From assembly GCA_965248975.1 (NCBI GenBank), contig CBDFKU010000020.1, positions 152,952 to 216,951 on the forward strand: 64,000 bases of DNA. The letters run 5' to 3'. This DNA comes from Dehalococcoidia bacterium (GTDB lineage: Bacteria; Chloroflexota; Dehalococcoidia; Lucifugimonadales; JAGWBF01). The position numbers and the translations under genes were made by a program. Numbering within the stretch: the stretch's first letter is position 1; each line of letters begins with the position of its first letter. The notes beneath the pieces are model-generated. The model searched no databases and was not told where the DNA came from. It saw only the letters and a program-made list of their open reading frames with translations. Shown piece by piece: positions 26,534 to 36,693 of the stretch.

Positions 26534-27559
26534 ATGTTATGGTATTTCGCCCCTGCAGGCGTGTTACTCGTCTTTTTTGGCGCAATACTGGGCGTTTACC
26601 CTCTGTCTAGCGACGGAGACGATGTCCGAGCCATGTTACAGGTGACGGCCGGCGCATTGATCACGGTCTTCGCCCTGGCGCTGACGATATTGCTCGTCGG
26701 TGCCCAGCTCTTTGCTCGTTACAGTTACAGGTTGGTGGGGTCAAGGGTCTTCTTCCCCGGTACCTTCGCATACTTCATTGGTTTCATCATCATCGTGATT
26801 TACACCCTGGCGCTGGTGGCGGGATTCCATTTTGAGACGACTGCTAATGCCCCTATTGAGATCCAGGCAAAGATAAGTTTCGGTCTGGCGGGGCTCCTGC
26901 TTGCCTCTTTAGTCCCGTTCTTCTATTTCATCTTCAAGTATCGCCTGGATCCCGCACGTGTGATAGAGGGGCAACAGACCGAGGCAAAGAAGCCGAGCCA
27001 TAAACCCGATACAGCGAAAGACGATGATTTACCGGAGGGGGCTAATAACATTTTCCTGATAGCCAGTAGCGCCTACGCCCTCCGGGACTATGATACTGTC
27101 AACAAGGCGATGCAGGCTCTCGCCGACGTTGCCAGAACTGCCTATGAGGGAGGGCGATTCTCCCAAGGCAAGAAGGTCTTCGAGAAGATGCGTGACTTCG
27201 CTGTAATGGTAGTGGACGATTTCGGTTTGATTAGGACAATCATGGACATCTTGGAGCAAACGGGGAAGCAGGTCGTAAGGACTAAGGCCCCCATACCACG
27301 TAAAGATGCAGATGAGCCTGCTGGCGCTTTGGTTAACGTAGGCCTCAGAGCCCTCCCGACGGACGAGGACGTTTCCAGTTGGGTCGCCAACGCCCTGGGG
27401 AATCTCGGAAGCGAGAATCCCTCGCATCAGGGGGATGCGCGTGCTTCCATAGTGGAATTCTTAAAAACACTGCGCAAAGAGGCGGTAAAAACCGGCAGGG
27501 AGCGTACTCGACGTTTGTGTGAAGGAAGCCTCGTGAGGGTTTGGCCTACGGCCTCGTGA
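26534..27559 (+). CDS. Membrane protein (about 4 N-terminal TM helices + soluble C-terminal domain), unknown function
   Basis: Hydrophobic stretches GVLLVFFGAILGV, LITVFALALTILLVGAQLF, FAYFIGFIIIVIYTLALVAGF, FGLAGLLLASLVPFFYFIF. Visibly lower GC than the flanks. Confidence 0.55.
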   Translation: MLWYFAPAGVLLVFFGAILGVYPLSSDGDDVRAMLQVTAGALITVFALALTILLVGAQLFARYSYRLVGSRVFFPGTFAYFIGFIIIVIYTLALVAGFHFETTANAPIEIQAKISFGLAGLLLASLVPFFYFIFKYRLDPARVIEGQQTEAKKPSHKPDTAKDDDLPEGANNIFLIASSAYALRDYDTVNKAMQALADVARTAYEGGRFSQGKKVFEKMRDFAVMVVDDFGLIRTIMDILEQTGKQVVRTKAPIPRKDADEPAGALVNVGLRALPTDEDVSSWVANALGNLGSENPSHQGDARASIVEFLKTLRKEAVKTGRERTRRLCEGSLVRVWPTAS

Positions 27560-27683
27560 CGTCGGTTTGCCCGACCACCGAGGTCTCATATTGTAGACCC
27601 AACACATGAAGACCCTGTCATCGGCAACTGGTAAAGAGCTAGTCGAGCAAACGGCGATGTCCTCTTGGGACTGAGCTCGCGTG

Positions 27684-28847
27684 TTATTCGTCTATGTGAT
27701 AAAGCCGGGCCGGGTTGTCCCACAGGACCTTCCTCTTGGTCTCGGCAGAGAGATCGGGGCTGTCCACGATCTTCTCCAGCACGTTGGGGAACGTCGCGTC
27801 CTCTGGGTGGGGGAAGTCGGTGGCCGTGATGATGTTGTCGTTCCCCTGAAAGTCCGTCACGTACTTGAGCCCGGGCTCGTCGGGCTCCGATGAGATGAAG
27901 CACTGGCGCTTCCAGTAAAGGGACGGCGGATGCGGCGTGTCCACGTTATCGCCCAGCCGCTCCCACCGGTCGTCCAGCCACCACACCCAGAAGGGGACCC
28001 AGCTGGCGGAGGACTCCAGGAAGATGACCTTTAGGTCCGGGAACCTCTCCAGGGGTCCTGAGGCCATGGCCAGGAAGCTGATCATGTTCTCCAACGGAAA
28101 TGCGCAGGCCTGGCCCAGGGCCAGGTGGCCCACCTCCAGGGTGCCGGCGGGCATAAATCCGTTGCCGTTGGACTGGTGCAGGCCCAATGGGACGCCCAGC
28201 TCTGATATCTCTCGCCAGAGACGGTCCATGTTCGCGTCGGCCAGCGAGGTGCCCTGCTCCATCTGGGGCATCAGGGTGAGGGCCTTGAACCCCAGCTCCC
28301 TGACGCACCGTCGGGCCTCCAGGGCCGCCGTTTCCGGATCCCTGGTGTCCAGGCGGCCGACGCCGACGAGCCGTCCCTGGCCGCCCTCGCAGAAGTCGTA
28401 GAGCCAGTTGTTGTACGCACGGCATAGGGCCGCCGCAACCCTGGGGTCCATGCCGGGGACCCCGGTGATGAACAGGCCGGCCGTGGGGTAGATCACCAGG
28501 TAGTCGATCCCCGTCATATCCAGGTAGTCCACGTATGACTGGGGAGAGAAGCTGCTGTCGATCCAGTGGGAATAGGCTTCGGTGTAGTCCCTGGACACCC
28601 CGTCCTTCCCCAGTATGTACTTCACCCGTCCTACGTCTTTCTTCCTGCCCTCGCGACGGAGCGCCTGTCCCATGGGCATCCTGAAACCGTTCATCAGGAC
28701 CTTCAGGGTGAAGGTGGGAGGATCGCCCTCGATGAGCTCGTGGTAGACCGGGTAGTACTGGAACTCGGGCTCCACGTAGCGTTCCCACAGGTCTTTGGGC
28801 TCCATGGCGTGGCTGTCGGCGTCGATGATCTTGTAGCCCTTGAACAT
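27684..28847 (-). CDS. Amidohydrolase-2 family hydrolase
   Basis: MFKGYKIIDADSHAMEP.. (gggaga SD; the listed ORF extends to 28886); LGLHQS..; ATDFPHPE. Confidence 0.75.
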   Translation of the reverse strand: MFKGYKIIDADSHAMEPKDLWERYVEPEFQYYPVYHELIEGDPPTFTLKVLMNGFRMPMGQALRREGRKKDVGRVKYILGKDGVSRDYTEAYSHWIDSSFSPQSYVDYLDMTGIDYLVIYPTAGLFITGVPGMDPRVAAALCRAYNNWLYDFCEGGQGRLVGVGRLDTRDPETAALEARRCVRELGFKALTLMPQMEQGTSLADANMDRLWREISELGVPLGLHQSNGNGFMPAGTLEVGHLALGQACAFPLENMISFLAMASGPLERFPDLKVIFLESSASWVPFWVWWLDDRWERLGDNVDTPHPPSLYWKRQCFISSEPDEPGLKYVTDFQGNDNIITATDFPHPEDATFPNVLEKIVDSPDLSAETKRKVLWDNPARLYHIDE

Positions 28848-28970
28848 GGCGGCGTCTCCCAAGCGGCGGTCCGGGGTTGGCACCAATATAGTTTGGGCCT
28901 AAGGCATTGTCAACGACCGTCCACAAGTGGCTTGATGGATGAAGGTGCGGTCACTACAATTGCTTTCATG

Positions 28971-29003
28971 CCCTCTCCTTGTCCTGTCAAAGGAGGAGAG
29001 GGG
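28971..29003. repeat. Degenerate REP-like palindrome in divergent intergenic region
   Basis: ccctctccttgtcctgtcaaaggaggagaggg. Confidence 0.45.
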
Positions 29004-29039
29004 GATACCTAGGATTCGGCCCAACGAAGGAGACCGGCC

Positions 29040-29957
29040 ATGAAGGTGGGATTGTTCGTGTTCACGACGGCGGACTCGGTGGACCCCGGCGTGCTTGCCA
29101 GGCGCGCCGAGGAGCTGGGGTTCGAGTCCTTTTGGGTGCCGGAGCACCCCATCATCCCGGTGCACTTCGCCACGCCAACAGCCGACGGAGGCCCCCTGCC
29201 TTCTGTCTACAACAAGATACTGGACCCATTCGTCGCCCTGGCCCGGGCCTCGGCCACCACCAGCACCATTGGGCTGGGGACCGCCATCTGCCTGGTTCCC
29301 GAGAGGGACCCCATCGTGCTAGCCAAGGAGGTCGCTACCCTGGACCATCTCTCGGGCGGCCGGTTCTTATTCGGCATCGGCGCGGGCTGGATCCGAGAGG
29401 AGACGGAGATCATGGGGGCCGATTTTTCCCATCGCTGGACCCAGACCAGGGAAGCCATCATGGCGATGAAGGAGCTGTGGACCAAGGACGAATCGGAGTA
29501 CCACGGGAAGTACTATGACTTCCCACCCGTGCGGTCTTTCCCCAAGCCGATACAGGTGCCCCATCCTCCGATCATCCTGGGAGGAGATGGATGGGCCCGT
29601 AACCGGAAGGCCGGAGAAGACCCTGCCCTGGCCCGTGGACGCGCCCCAGCCGTATTCCGGCGCATCGTGGAGTGGGGCGACGGCTGGATGCCCGGAGGCG
29701 CCTCCCTGGACGACATCAGGGAGGGCCGGGCGATCCTGGACCGGCTAGCCGGCGAGGCCGGAAGGGATCCCGCTTCCCTGGGAATCATGGCCTTCTGCCC
29801 GGGAACCCTGTTTGGGAGGAACGAGTTCAAGAACAGGCAGGGTATCGGGGAGCTGGAGGCAGCTGGAGCGGACCGGGTGAGCCTCTGGCTGAACAACGAC
29901 ACCGACGAGAAGGCAGCCCTAGCGGAGATGGAGGACATCGCCCGCGACGTGCTGTGA
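29040..29957 (+). CDS. Luciferase-like (LLM class, probably F420-dependent) oxidoreductase
   Basis: MKVGLFVF..AEELGFESFWVPEHP..TIGLGTAICLVPERDPIVLAKEVATLDHLSGGRFLFGIGAGW. Confidence 0.8.
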   Translation: MKVGLFVFTTADSVDPGVLARRAEELGFESFWVPEHPIIPVHFATPTADGGPLPSVYNKILDPFVALARASATTSTIGLGTAICLVPERDPIVLAKEVATLDHLSGGRFLFGIGAGWIREETEIMGADFSHRWTQTREAIMAMKELWTKDESEYHGKYYDFPPVRSFPKPIQVPHPPIILGGDGWARNRKAGEDPALARGRAPAVFRRIVEWGDGWMPGGASLDDIREGRAILDRLAGEAGRDPASLGIMAFCPGTLFGRNEFKNRQGIGELEAAGADRVSLWLNNDTDEKAALAEMEDIARDVL

Positions 29958-30003
29958 CGCCAGGGCTATATCGGACACGGTTTCCCGGTTAGTATTCGGG
30001 ACC

Positions 30004-30014
30004 TGTGATAGAAT
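30004..30014 (+). promoter_or_regulatory. Extended -10 element TGTGATAGAAT upstream of XDH-family paralog 2
   Basis: cctgtgatagaatcg, 43 nt upstream of ATG 30057. Confidence 0.4.
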
Positions 30015-30056
30015 CGTGATATCCCTCTAGGTCAACCACCAGGAGGTGTCCAGCCG

Positions 30057-32375
30057 ATGGCTTCTAACGTGGTTCTGTCCACTCTCGAGTACAACGTAGT
30101 AGGCAGCCGGCCCGTCCGCCACGATGGCGCCGATAAGGTCACCGGCCGGGCGCGGTACGGCGCCGACATTCACCCGCCCGACCTCCTCCACGGCAGGATA
30201 CTGCGCAGCCCCCACGCCCACGCACGCATCGTGTCCATCGACGCCAGCCGTGCGCTGGCCCTGCCGGGGGTGAAGGCCGTGGTCACTTCGGCGGAGCTGC
30301 AGCGGCCTCCAGGCAGGGCGGCCGACGTCACGGAGGGGTCCCTGACCAACTGGAGCTTCCTCAGCGACAACTGCCTAGCCGGAGACAAAGTGCTGTACGT
30401 GGGCCACGCCGTGGCGGCGGTGGCTGCCACCAGCCCCCACATCGCCGAGGAGGCCCTGGCCCTAATCGACGTGGAGTACGAGGTCCTCGCGCCGCTTCTG
30501 GACGTTCTGGAGGCCATGGAGGAGGACGCTCCCTTACTTCACGAGAGGCTGGCGACCCTGTCCAACCCCAACATGAGGTGGGCGGGAGGCTTGCGCTCCG
30601 AAGAGGACACCGAGAAGGCCAGCAACGTGGCCAACCGCTTCGTGTTCCAGGAAGGCGACCTGGAGGCCGGGTTCGGGGAGGCCGACGTGGTGGTCGAGAA
30701 GGAGTTTCGTACCGCTTCGGTGCACCAGGGGTACATCGAGCCCCACACAGCGACCGCCCACTGGGGCCCCGACGGCCACGTGACCATCTGGTGCAGCAGC
30801 CAAGGCCACTTCGGCATAAGAGACCAGACGGCCAAGATGGTAGGCATTCCGTCCTCCAGGGTCAAGGTGATTCCCATGGAGATCGGCGGCGGCTTCGGAG
30901 GCAAGACATCGGTGTACCTGGAGCCGGTGGCGGCCCTGCTGTCCCGGAAGACGGGACATCCGGTGAAGCTCACCATGACCCGGTCCGAGGTGTTCGAAGG
31001 GACGGGACCCACATCGGGATGTTACATGAAGGTCAAGGTGGGCGCAAACAAGGCCGGGCGCATCACCGCCGCCTACGCCTACCTGGTGTACGAGGCGGGC
31101 GCCTACCCGGGCTCCCCCGTCAATCCCGCGGCCCAGTGCGTCTTTGGCCCCTACGACCTGGCCAACTACTACGTCGAGGGGCTGGACGTGGTGCTCAACA
31201 AGCCCAAGACAGGGGCCTATCGGGCGCCGGGCGCTCCTACCGCGGCCTTTGCCGCCGAGACGGTCATTGACGAGATCTGCGAGGCGTTGGGCATGGACCG
31301 CATGGAGTTCCGGCTGATCAACGCCGCCAAGGAGGGCACCCGCCGCATCGGGGGCCCCAGGTTCGTGCGCATAGGATGTGTGGAGACCCTGCGGGCCGCC
31401 GCCGATCACGAACACTACTCGGCTCCTCTGAAGGGTCCGAACCGGGGCCGGGGCATCGCCGCCGGTTTCTGGTTCAACGACACCGGCCCATCCAGCGCCG
31501 CCGCCAGCGTCAACCCCGACGGCACCGTCAGCCTGGTGGAGGGTTCCCCCGACATCGGCGGCAGCCGAACGGCTGTGGCCATGCAGCTGGCCGAGGTCCT
31601 GGGCATCCCCGTGGAGAATGTGAGACCCGTTGTGGCCGACACCGATTCAGTGGGGTACACCTCCACCACCGGAGGGAGCAGTGTCGCCTTCAAGACCGGC
31701 TGGGCCTGCTACAAGGTAGCCCATGACCTCAAACGCCAGCTCGTGCAGCGGGCCGCCCACATATGGGACACGTCGGTGGGGGAGGTGGATTACAGCGACG
31801 GAGTCCTCTCTCATCGGTCGGATCCCGAGCTGAGGTTCACCTTCAAGGAGCTGGCCGGCATGCTCAACTCCACCGGCGGGCCCATCTCTGGACGGGCGAC
31901 CATCGACGAGCGGGGCATCGGCAACACCTTCGCGGTCCACATGGTCGATGTGGAGGTGGACCCCGAGACGGGAAAGGTCGACATCCTACGCTACACCGCC
32001 CTTCAGGACGCCGGCAAGGCCATACACCCGAGCTACGTGGAGGGCCAGATGCAGGGCGGGGTGGTCCAGGGCATCGGCTGGGCGCTGAACGAAGAGTACA
32101 CCTTTAGCGGGAACGGGGAAATGACCAACTCCAGCTTCCTGGACTATCGCATGCCCACCAGCCTCGACCTGCCCATGGTCGATACCGTCATCGTCGAAGT
32201 GCCCAACCCGGGCCACCCCTTTGGCGTCCGGGGGGCCGGAGAGATCCCCCTCGTCCCTCCCATGGCTGCCATAGCCAACGCCATCTATGACGCCGTGGGG
32301 GTCAGGATGGACGTGCTGCCCATGTCACCCGGCAACATCCTGGAGGCTCTGTGGGCCAAGCAGGGCAAGTCCTAA
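30057..32375 (+). CDS. Xanthine dehydrogenase/aldehyde oxidase-family molybdopterin-binding large subunit, paralog 2
   Basis: Collinear high similarity to 22881-25208 along the whole length (MASNVVLSTLEYNVVGSRPVRHDG.. to ..LPMSPGNILEALW). Confidence 0.85.
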   Translation: MASNVVLSTLEYNVVGSRPVRHDGADKVTGRARYGADIHPPDLLHGRILRSPHAHARIVSIDASRALALPGVKAVVTSAELQRPPGRAADVTEGSLTNWSFLSDNCLAGDKVLYVGHAVAAVAATSPHIAEEALALIDVEYEVLAPLLDVLEAMEEDAPLLHERLATLSNPNMRWAGGLRSEEDTEKASNVANRFVFQEGDLEAGFGEADVVVEKEFRTASVHQGYIEPHTATAHWGPDGHVTIWCSSQGHFGIRDQTAKMVGIPSSRVKVIPMEIGGGFGGKTSVYLEPVAALLSRKTGHPVKLTMTRSEVFEGTGPTSGCYMKVKVGANKAGRITAAYAYLVYEAGAYPGSPVNPAAQCVFGPYDLANYYVEGLDVVLNKPKTGAYRAPGAPTAAFAAETVIDEICEALGMDRMEFRLINAAKEGTRRIGGPRFVRIGCVETLRAAADHEHYSAPLKGPNRGRGIAAGFWFNDTGPSSAAASVNPDGTVSLVEGSPDIGGSRTAVAMQLAEVLGIPVENVRPVVADTDSVGYTSTTGGSSVAFKTGWACYKVAHDLKRQLVQRAAHIWDTSVGEVDYSDGVLSHRSDPELRFTFKELAGMLNSTGGPISGRATIDERGIGNTFAVHMVDVEVDPETGKVDILRYTALQDAGKAIHPSYVEGQMQGGVVQGIGWALNEEYTFSGNGEMTNSSFLDYRMPTSLDLPMVDTVIVEVPNPGHPFGVRGAGEIPLVPPMAAIANAIYDAVGVRMDVLPMSPGNILEALWAKQGKS

Positions 32376-32414
32376 AGCCATTGCTGAAGCGATACCCTGA
32401 GGTAGCGGAGGCGA

Positions 32415-33536
32415 GTGGTGCCCGATCATAGGATAATATCCTCGGATAACCACGTTGTAGAGCCTCCGGAGCTGTGGCAGTCCCGCGTCGAGTCCAGGTT
32501 CAAGGACCGAGCGCCGCGGCTCGTCAGGGAGGCCGACGGTGACTGGTGGCACTGCGACGGTCGGAAGCTGCTCATGGGGTTCGGGTTCGCCGGGGCCCAG
32601 ACTGGTAAGAGGTTCGAGGAAGTGGCCCAGATGTCCAACGAGGACCTGTTCGACGATGTCCGTCCGGGCGCCTACATCCCCGAGGAGCAGGTAAAGGACA
32701 TGGACATCGATGGCGTGGACGTGAGTATCCTCTACCCTAGCCTGGGCCTCCAGCTCTTCAGCGTAGAGGACACCGAGCTTGTCAACGCGGTCTTCAGGGC
32801 CTACAACGACTGGCTGGCCGAGTTCTGCCAGGCCTCACCCAAACGCCTGGCCGGCATCGCCATGATCAACCTGGACGACGTGCAGACCGGCATCAAGGAG
32901 CTGGAGCGCTGCAGGGACAAAGGCCTCATAGGAGCCATGATCTCCGTGTACCCTCCTGAAGGCAGGAAATACAACTCGCCCGAGTACGAGCCCCTGTGGG
33001 CGGCGGCCCAGGACCTGGATGTGCCTCTGAGCCTCCACGCCGCCACCAACCGCATCGGCTCCGGCGAAGGAGTGCTGACCGGCGACAGGGGAATGACCAT
33101 CCTGATAAACATGGACCACTACGTTCGCATGTCCCTAACCGACATGATCCTCACCGGCGTCTTCGAGCGGTATCCGAGGCTGCAGGTTGGTGCCGTGGAG
33201 CACGAGGCGTCCTGGGCGGCCCACTTCCTGGACCGGATCGACTACAACTACGCTCAGCGGGCCCGCACCGACAACACCTACTGGTTCAAGGAAGGCATGT
33301 TGCCCAGCGACTACTTCCACCGCAACGTTTTCGTCGGATTCCAGGAGGACGACCTGGGCATCCAGCTTCGCCACATCATAGGGGTCGAGAACCTCCAGTG
33401 GGGCTCCGACTATCCCCACCATGAGTCGACCTTTCCCAGAAGCCAGGAGATCCTAGAGGACATCCTCGTGGACTGCACTGAGCAGGAGAAGGCGGCCATC
33501 GTCGGGGGCAACGCCGCCAGGGTGTACCGACTCTGA
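32415..33536 (+). CDS. Amidohydrolase-2 family hydrolase
   Basis: HRIISSDNHVVEPPELW..; LSLHAATN; WGSDYPHHESTFP. Confidence 0.8.
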   Translation: MVPDHRIISSDNHVVEPPELWQSRVESRFKDRAPRLVREADGDWWHCDGRKLLMGFGFAGAQTGKRFEEVAQMSNEDLFDDVRPGAYIPEEQVKDMDIDGVDVSILYPSLGLQLFSVEDTELVNAVFRAYNDWLAEFCQASPKRLAGIAMINLDDVQTGIKELERCRDKGLIGAMISVYPPEGRKYNSPEYEPLWAAAQDLDVPLSLHAATNRIGSGEGVLTGDRGMTILINMDHYVRMSLTDMILTGVFERYPRLQVGAVEHEASWAAHFLDRIDYNYAQRARTDNTYWFKEGMLPSDYFHRNVFVGFQEDDLGIQLRHIIGVENLQWGSDYPHHESTFPRSQEILEDILVDCTEQEKAAIVGGNAARVYRL

Positions 33537-33562
33537 TCAACACTGACACCAGGAGGTTGCAA

Positions 33563-34684
33563 ATGGCCGGGTACCGGGTTATATCGTCCGACAGTCACGT
33601 CGTCGAACCTCCCGATTTATGGACCACCAGGACCGAACCCAAGTACAGGGACCAGGCACCCTATGTGGCCGCAGAGGACGACGGCGACTGGTGGTACTGC
33701 GAGGGCGAGAAGATCATCGGTCAGCACAATGGGACGGCTACGGGGGTACGCTTCGAGGAAGGCCATGACATGGTCTCTCAAAAATCCCTCTGGGAAGACG
33801 TCCAGCTTGGTGGATACATCCCCGAGGAGCACGTCAAAGACATGGACGCCGATGGAGTGGACGCGGGACTGATCTACCCTTCCGTCGGCCTCGCGCTGTT
33901 CAGAAGCGTGCGAGATAGCGGCCTGCTGACGGCCCTCTTCCGGACCTACAACGACTGGCTGGCAGAGTTCTGCCAGGTCTCACCCAAGCGGCTCAAGGGC
34001 ATCGCCATGATCGATATCGACGACATAGGGTTTGGTGTGGACGAGTTGGAGCGTTGCGCCCGGTCGGGCCTGGCCGGGGCCATGATCAGCGTTTACCCCG
34101 TCCAGGAGAGGGCGTATTATCTGTCGGACTATGAGCGCTTGTGGGCCGCTGCCGAGGACCTGGACATGCCTCTGAGCTTGCACCTGGCTACCAACCGCCC
34201 GGGACCGAGCCAGACCTTCTGGGGCCCCAACGCCCAACCCCATGCTTTCCTATGCAACGCCGACCATTGGCCCCGGATGTCGCTGTTCCACATGATCTTC
34301 AGCGGCGTGTTCGAGCGGCATCCGAAGCTCCAAGTGGGTGTGGTGGAGACCGACCTGTCCTGGGTCCCTCACTTCATGAAACAATTGGACTACAACTACA
34401 CCCAGAGAACCCACGGGGAGGACGCCTACCGCTTCAAGGAGTCGGCCCTTCCTAGCGACTACTTCCGCCGCAATGTGTTCCTCAGCTTCCAGGAAGACGG
34501 TCTGGGCGTCAGGCTGCGGGACCTCATCGGCGTGGATAGCCTGCTATGGGGCTCGGACTACCCCCACGCTGAGGGTACTTTTCCCCGAAGTCGCCAGATC
34601 ATCGAGGAAATTCTCGCCGATTGTACCGAGGAGGAGAAGGCCAAGATATCCGGCGGCAACGCCGTCAGGGTGTACCGACTCTGA
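33563..34684 (+). CDS. Amidohydrolase-2 family hydrolase
   Basis: MAGYRVISSDSHVVEPPDLW (aggagg 6 nt before ATG 33563); LSLHLATN; WGSDYPHAEGTFP. Confidence 0.8.
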   Translation: MAGYRVISSDSHVVEPPDLWTTRTEPKYRDQAPYVAAEDDGDWWYCEGEKIIGQHNGTATGVRFEEGHDMVSQKSLWEDVQLGGYIPEEHVKDMDADGVDAGLIYPSVGLALFRSVRDSGLLTALFRTYNDWLAEFCQVSPKRLKGIAMIDIDDIGFGVDELERCARSGLAGAMISVYPVQERAYYLSDYERLWAAAEDLDMPLSLHLATNRPGPSQTFWGPNAQPHAFLCNADHWPRMSLFHMIFSGVFERHPKLQVGVVETDLSWVPHFMKQLDYNYTQRTHGEDAYRFKESALPSDYFRRNVFLSFQEDGLGVRLRDLIGVDSLLWGSDYPHAEGTFPRSRQIIEEILADCTEEEKAKISGGNAVRVYRL

Positions 34685-34706
34685 TCAGAAGAGGGCACGA
34701 GCATCC

Positions 34707-35675
34707 ATGAAGTATGGGTTTAATTTACCCCATCGCGGTGAGATGGCTCACCCTGACAACTTGATCGTCATAGTCAGAAGAGCCGAGGAGCTGGGATACC
34801 ACTCGGTTCATTTCGGCGACCACGTTCTGATGCCCACAGGGGTGGCCTCCCAGTACCCCTATACGGAAGACGGAGTGTTCCCTGCCGCCGATCCTGGCGA
34901 GCATTTGGAGCACCTGAACGTGTTGTCCTTCATAGCTGCGCAGACCCAGAGGATACAGCTGGTCACCGGCGTTACCATCGTCCCGTATCGAAATCCACTG
35001 GTGGCGGCAAAGTCCCTTGCTACCCTGGATGTGCTGTCCAAGGGTCGCCTGGTGGTGGGTGTCGGGACGGGGTGGATGCGCGAGGAGTTCGAGGCCCTCG
35101 GCACGCCACCCTTCGAGGAGCGGGGTGCGGTAACCGACGAGTACATTAGCGCCTTCAAGGAGCTGTGGATGAGCGACAGGCCCAGGTTCGAAGGCAAATA
35201 CTGCCGGTTCTCCGACATCGCCTTCGACCCGAAACCGGTGCAGAAGCCCCACCCGCCGATATGGGTTGGTGGGGAGAGTCCCAGGGCCCTTCGAAGAACG
35301 GCGCAGCTGGGCAACGGCTGGTATCCTGTCGGGTCGAACCCCCGTTTTCCACTTAACGGACCGGGACAGTTGGAGGCGGCCCTGGAACGCCTTACCTCCC
35401 ATGTCCGTCGGGCCGGGAGAGACCCCGGGGAGATCGAGGTTATCTACGTACCTTCGATTGCCGACGGGTTCGAGCTCATGGAAGGCGACGGTGCTTCCGG
35501 ATCGGCACACGCGCCCTTCCGGGGCAGTGCAGAGGAGACGGCGGCGCGCATCCGCGAATACGAAGAGGTAGGAGTCGACCGCATCATGCTGGACTTCTTC
35601 CACACCAGCTCAACCGTGGAGGAAGGCTTGGCGAAGATGGAGACCCTGGCCACCAGGGTCTGGCCCCTGGTGTGA
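34707..35675 (+). CDS. Luciferase-like (LLM class, probably F420-dependent) oxidoreductase
   Basis: Start at MKYGFNLPHRG.. The listed longer ORF overlaps the upstream gene in another frame. AEELGYHSVHFGDHV..; GRLVVGVGTGW; HPPIWVGG. Confidence 0.8.
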   Translation: MKYGFNLPHRGEMAHPDNLIVIVRRAEELGYHSVHFGDHVLMPTGVASQYPYTEDGVFPAADPGEHLEHLNVLSFIAAQTQRIQLVTGVTIVPYRNPLVAAKSLATLDVLSKGRLVVGVGTGWMREEFEALGTPPFEERGAVTDEYISAFKELWMSDRPRFEGKYCRFSDIAFDPKPVQKPHPPIWVGGESPRALRRTAQLGNGWYPVGSNPRFPLNGPGQLEAALERLTSHVRRAGRDPGEIEVIYVPSIADGFELMEGDGASGSAHAPFRGSAEETAARIREYEEVGVDRIMLDFFHTSSTVEEGLAKMETLATRVWPLV

Positions 35676-35682
35676 CCGGGGC

Positions 35683-36687
35683 TCAGTAGCCTGCGACCTT
35701 GTCCACCTCGTTTATCAGCCGCTCTCCCTTGAGGAACCGCCTCAGGTTCTCGCAGAAGAGGTCCACAGTGGCCGATGTCTGGTCGTCGGTCACCCCCGAA
35801 ACGTGGGGCGACAGGAACACGTTGGGCAGGTCCCGGAGAGGGCTGTCGGCGGGCAGCGGCTCGACGTCGAAGGCGTCCAGGCCGGCGCCGGCGATGCGGC
35901 CCCCTCGAAGGGCGTCGATCAGGTCGGCCTCCACCACGATGGCGCCACGGCTGATGTTTATCAGATAGGCCGTTGGCTTCATCATCCCTAGCTCCCGCAC
36001 CCCTATGAGGCCCCTGGTCTCTGGGGTGAGAGACATGGTCACCACCACGAAGTCGCTTTCCCTCAATAGCTCGTCCATCTGCGCCGAGGGCAGCAGCAGG
36101 TCCACGTTTCCCACCGACTGCTGACGTCGGGTGGCTGAGCGCCTGGTGGCCAGGACCCGCATCCCCAGGACCTTGCAGAGCTGGGCCAGCTCGCCGCCGG
36201 CACCCCCCATGCCCAGGATGCCTACCGTCTTGCCCACCAGGTACCCCGGGACCAGGCCTCGACGGTCCCACTCTTTGCTGCCCTGCTGGGACAGGATTCG
36301 GGGCATCTCCTTGACGAACATCAGGATCAAGGTGAGGGCGAACTCGGCCATGCCCCGAGACGGCACACCGTGGTTGACGGTCAGAAGGACGGGACGCTCC
36401 CATACCGGTGTGCCGGGCAGCGAGTCGACTCCTGCGCTGATGATCTGGATCCAGCGCAGGTTGGGCGCCCTGTCGGCCAGGTCGATGGGCAGCGGCATGC
36501 TCATGACCACCTGGCACCGGTCCAGCAGCCCGTCCAACTCAGGATCGGCTCCGGTCTTGGGGAGGTGGCGCTTCGCCATGACCCGGTAGTCGATCAAGTG
36601 GACCTTTACTCCCTCCGCCACGTCCTCTATTTGCTGGACCTGCTCCGGCGTGAGGGACCATCCTACGACGATGTCTAGCTTTTCCAT
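35683..36687 (-). CDS. D-isomer-specific 2-hydroxyacid dehydrogenase family, NAD-binding
   Basis: GKTVGILGMGGAGGELAQLCKVLGMRVLA; INISRGAIVVE; SPHVSG. Confidence 0.8.
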   Translation of the reverse strand: MEKLDIVVGWSLTPEQVQQIEDVAEGVKVHLIDYRVMAKRHLPKTGADPELDGLLDRCQVVMSMPLPIDLADRAPNLRWIQIISAGVDSLPGTPVWERPVLLTVNHGVPSRGMAEFALTLILMFVKEMPRILSQQGSKEWDRRGLVPGYLVGKTVGILGMGGAGGELAQLCKVLGMRVLATRRSATRRQQSVGNVDLLLPSAQMDELLRESDFVVVTMSLTPETRGLIGVRELGMMKPTAYLINISRGAIVVEADLIDALRGGRIAGAGLDAFDVEPLPADSPLRDLPNVFLSPHVSGVTDDQTSATVDLFCENLRRFLKGERLINEVDKVAGY

Positions 36688-36693
36688 GGGTGG

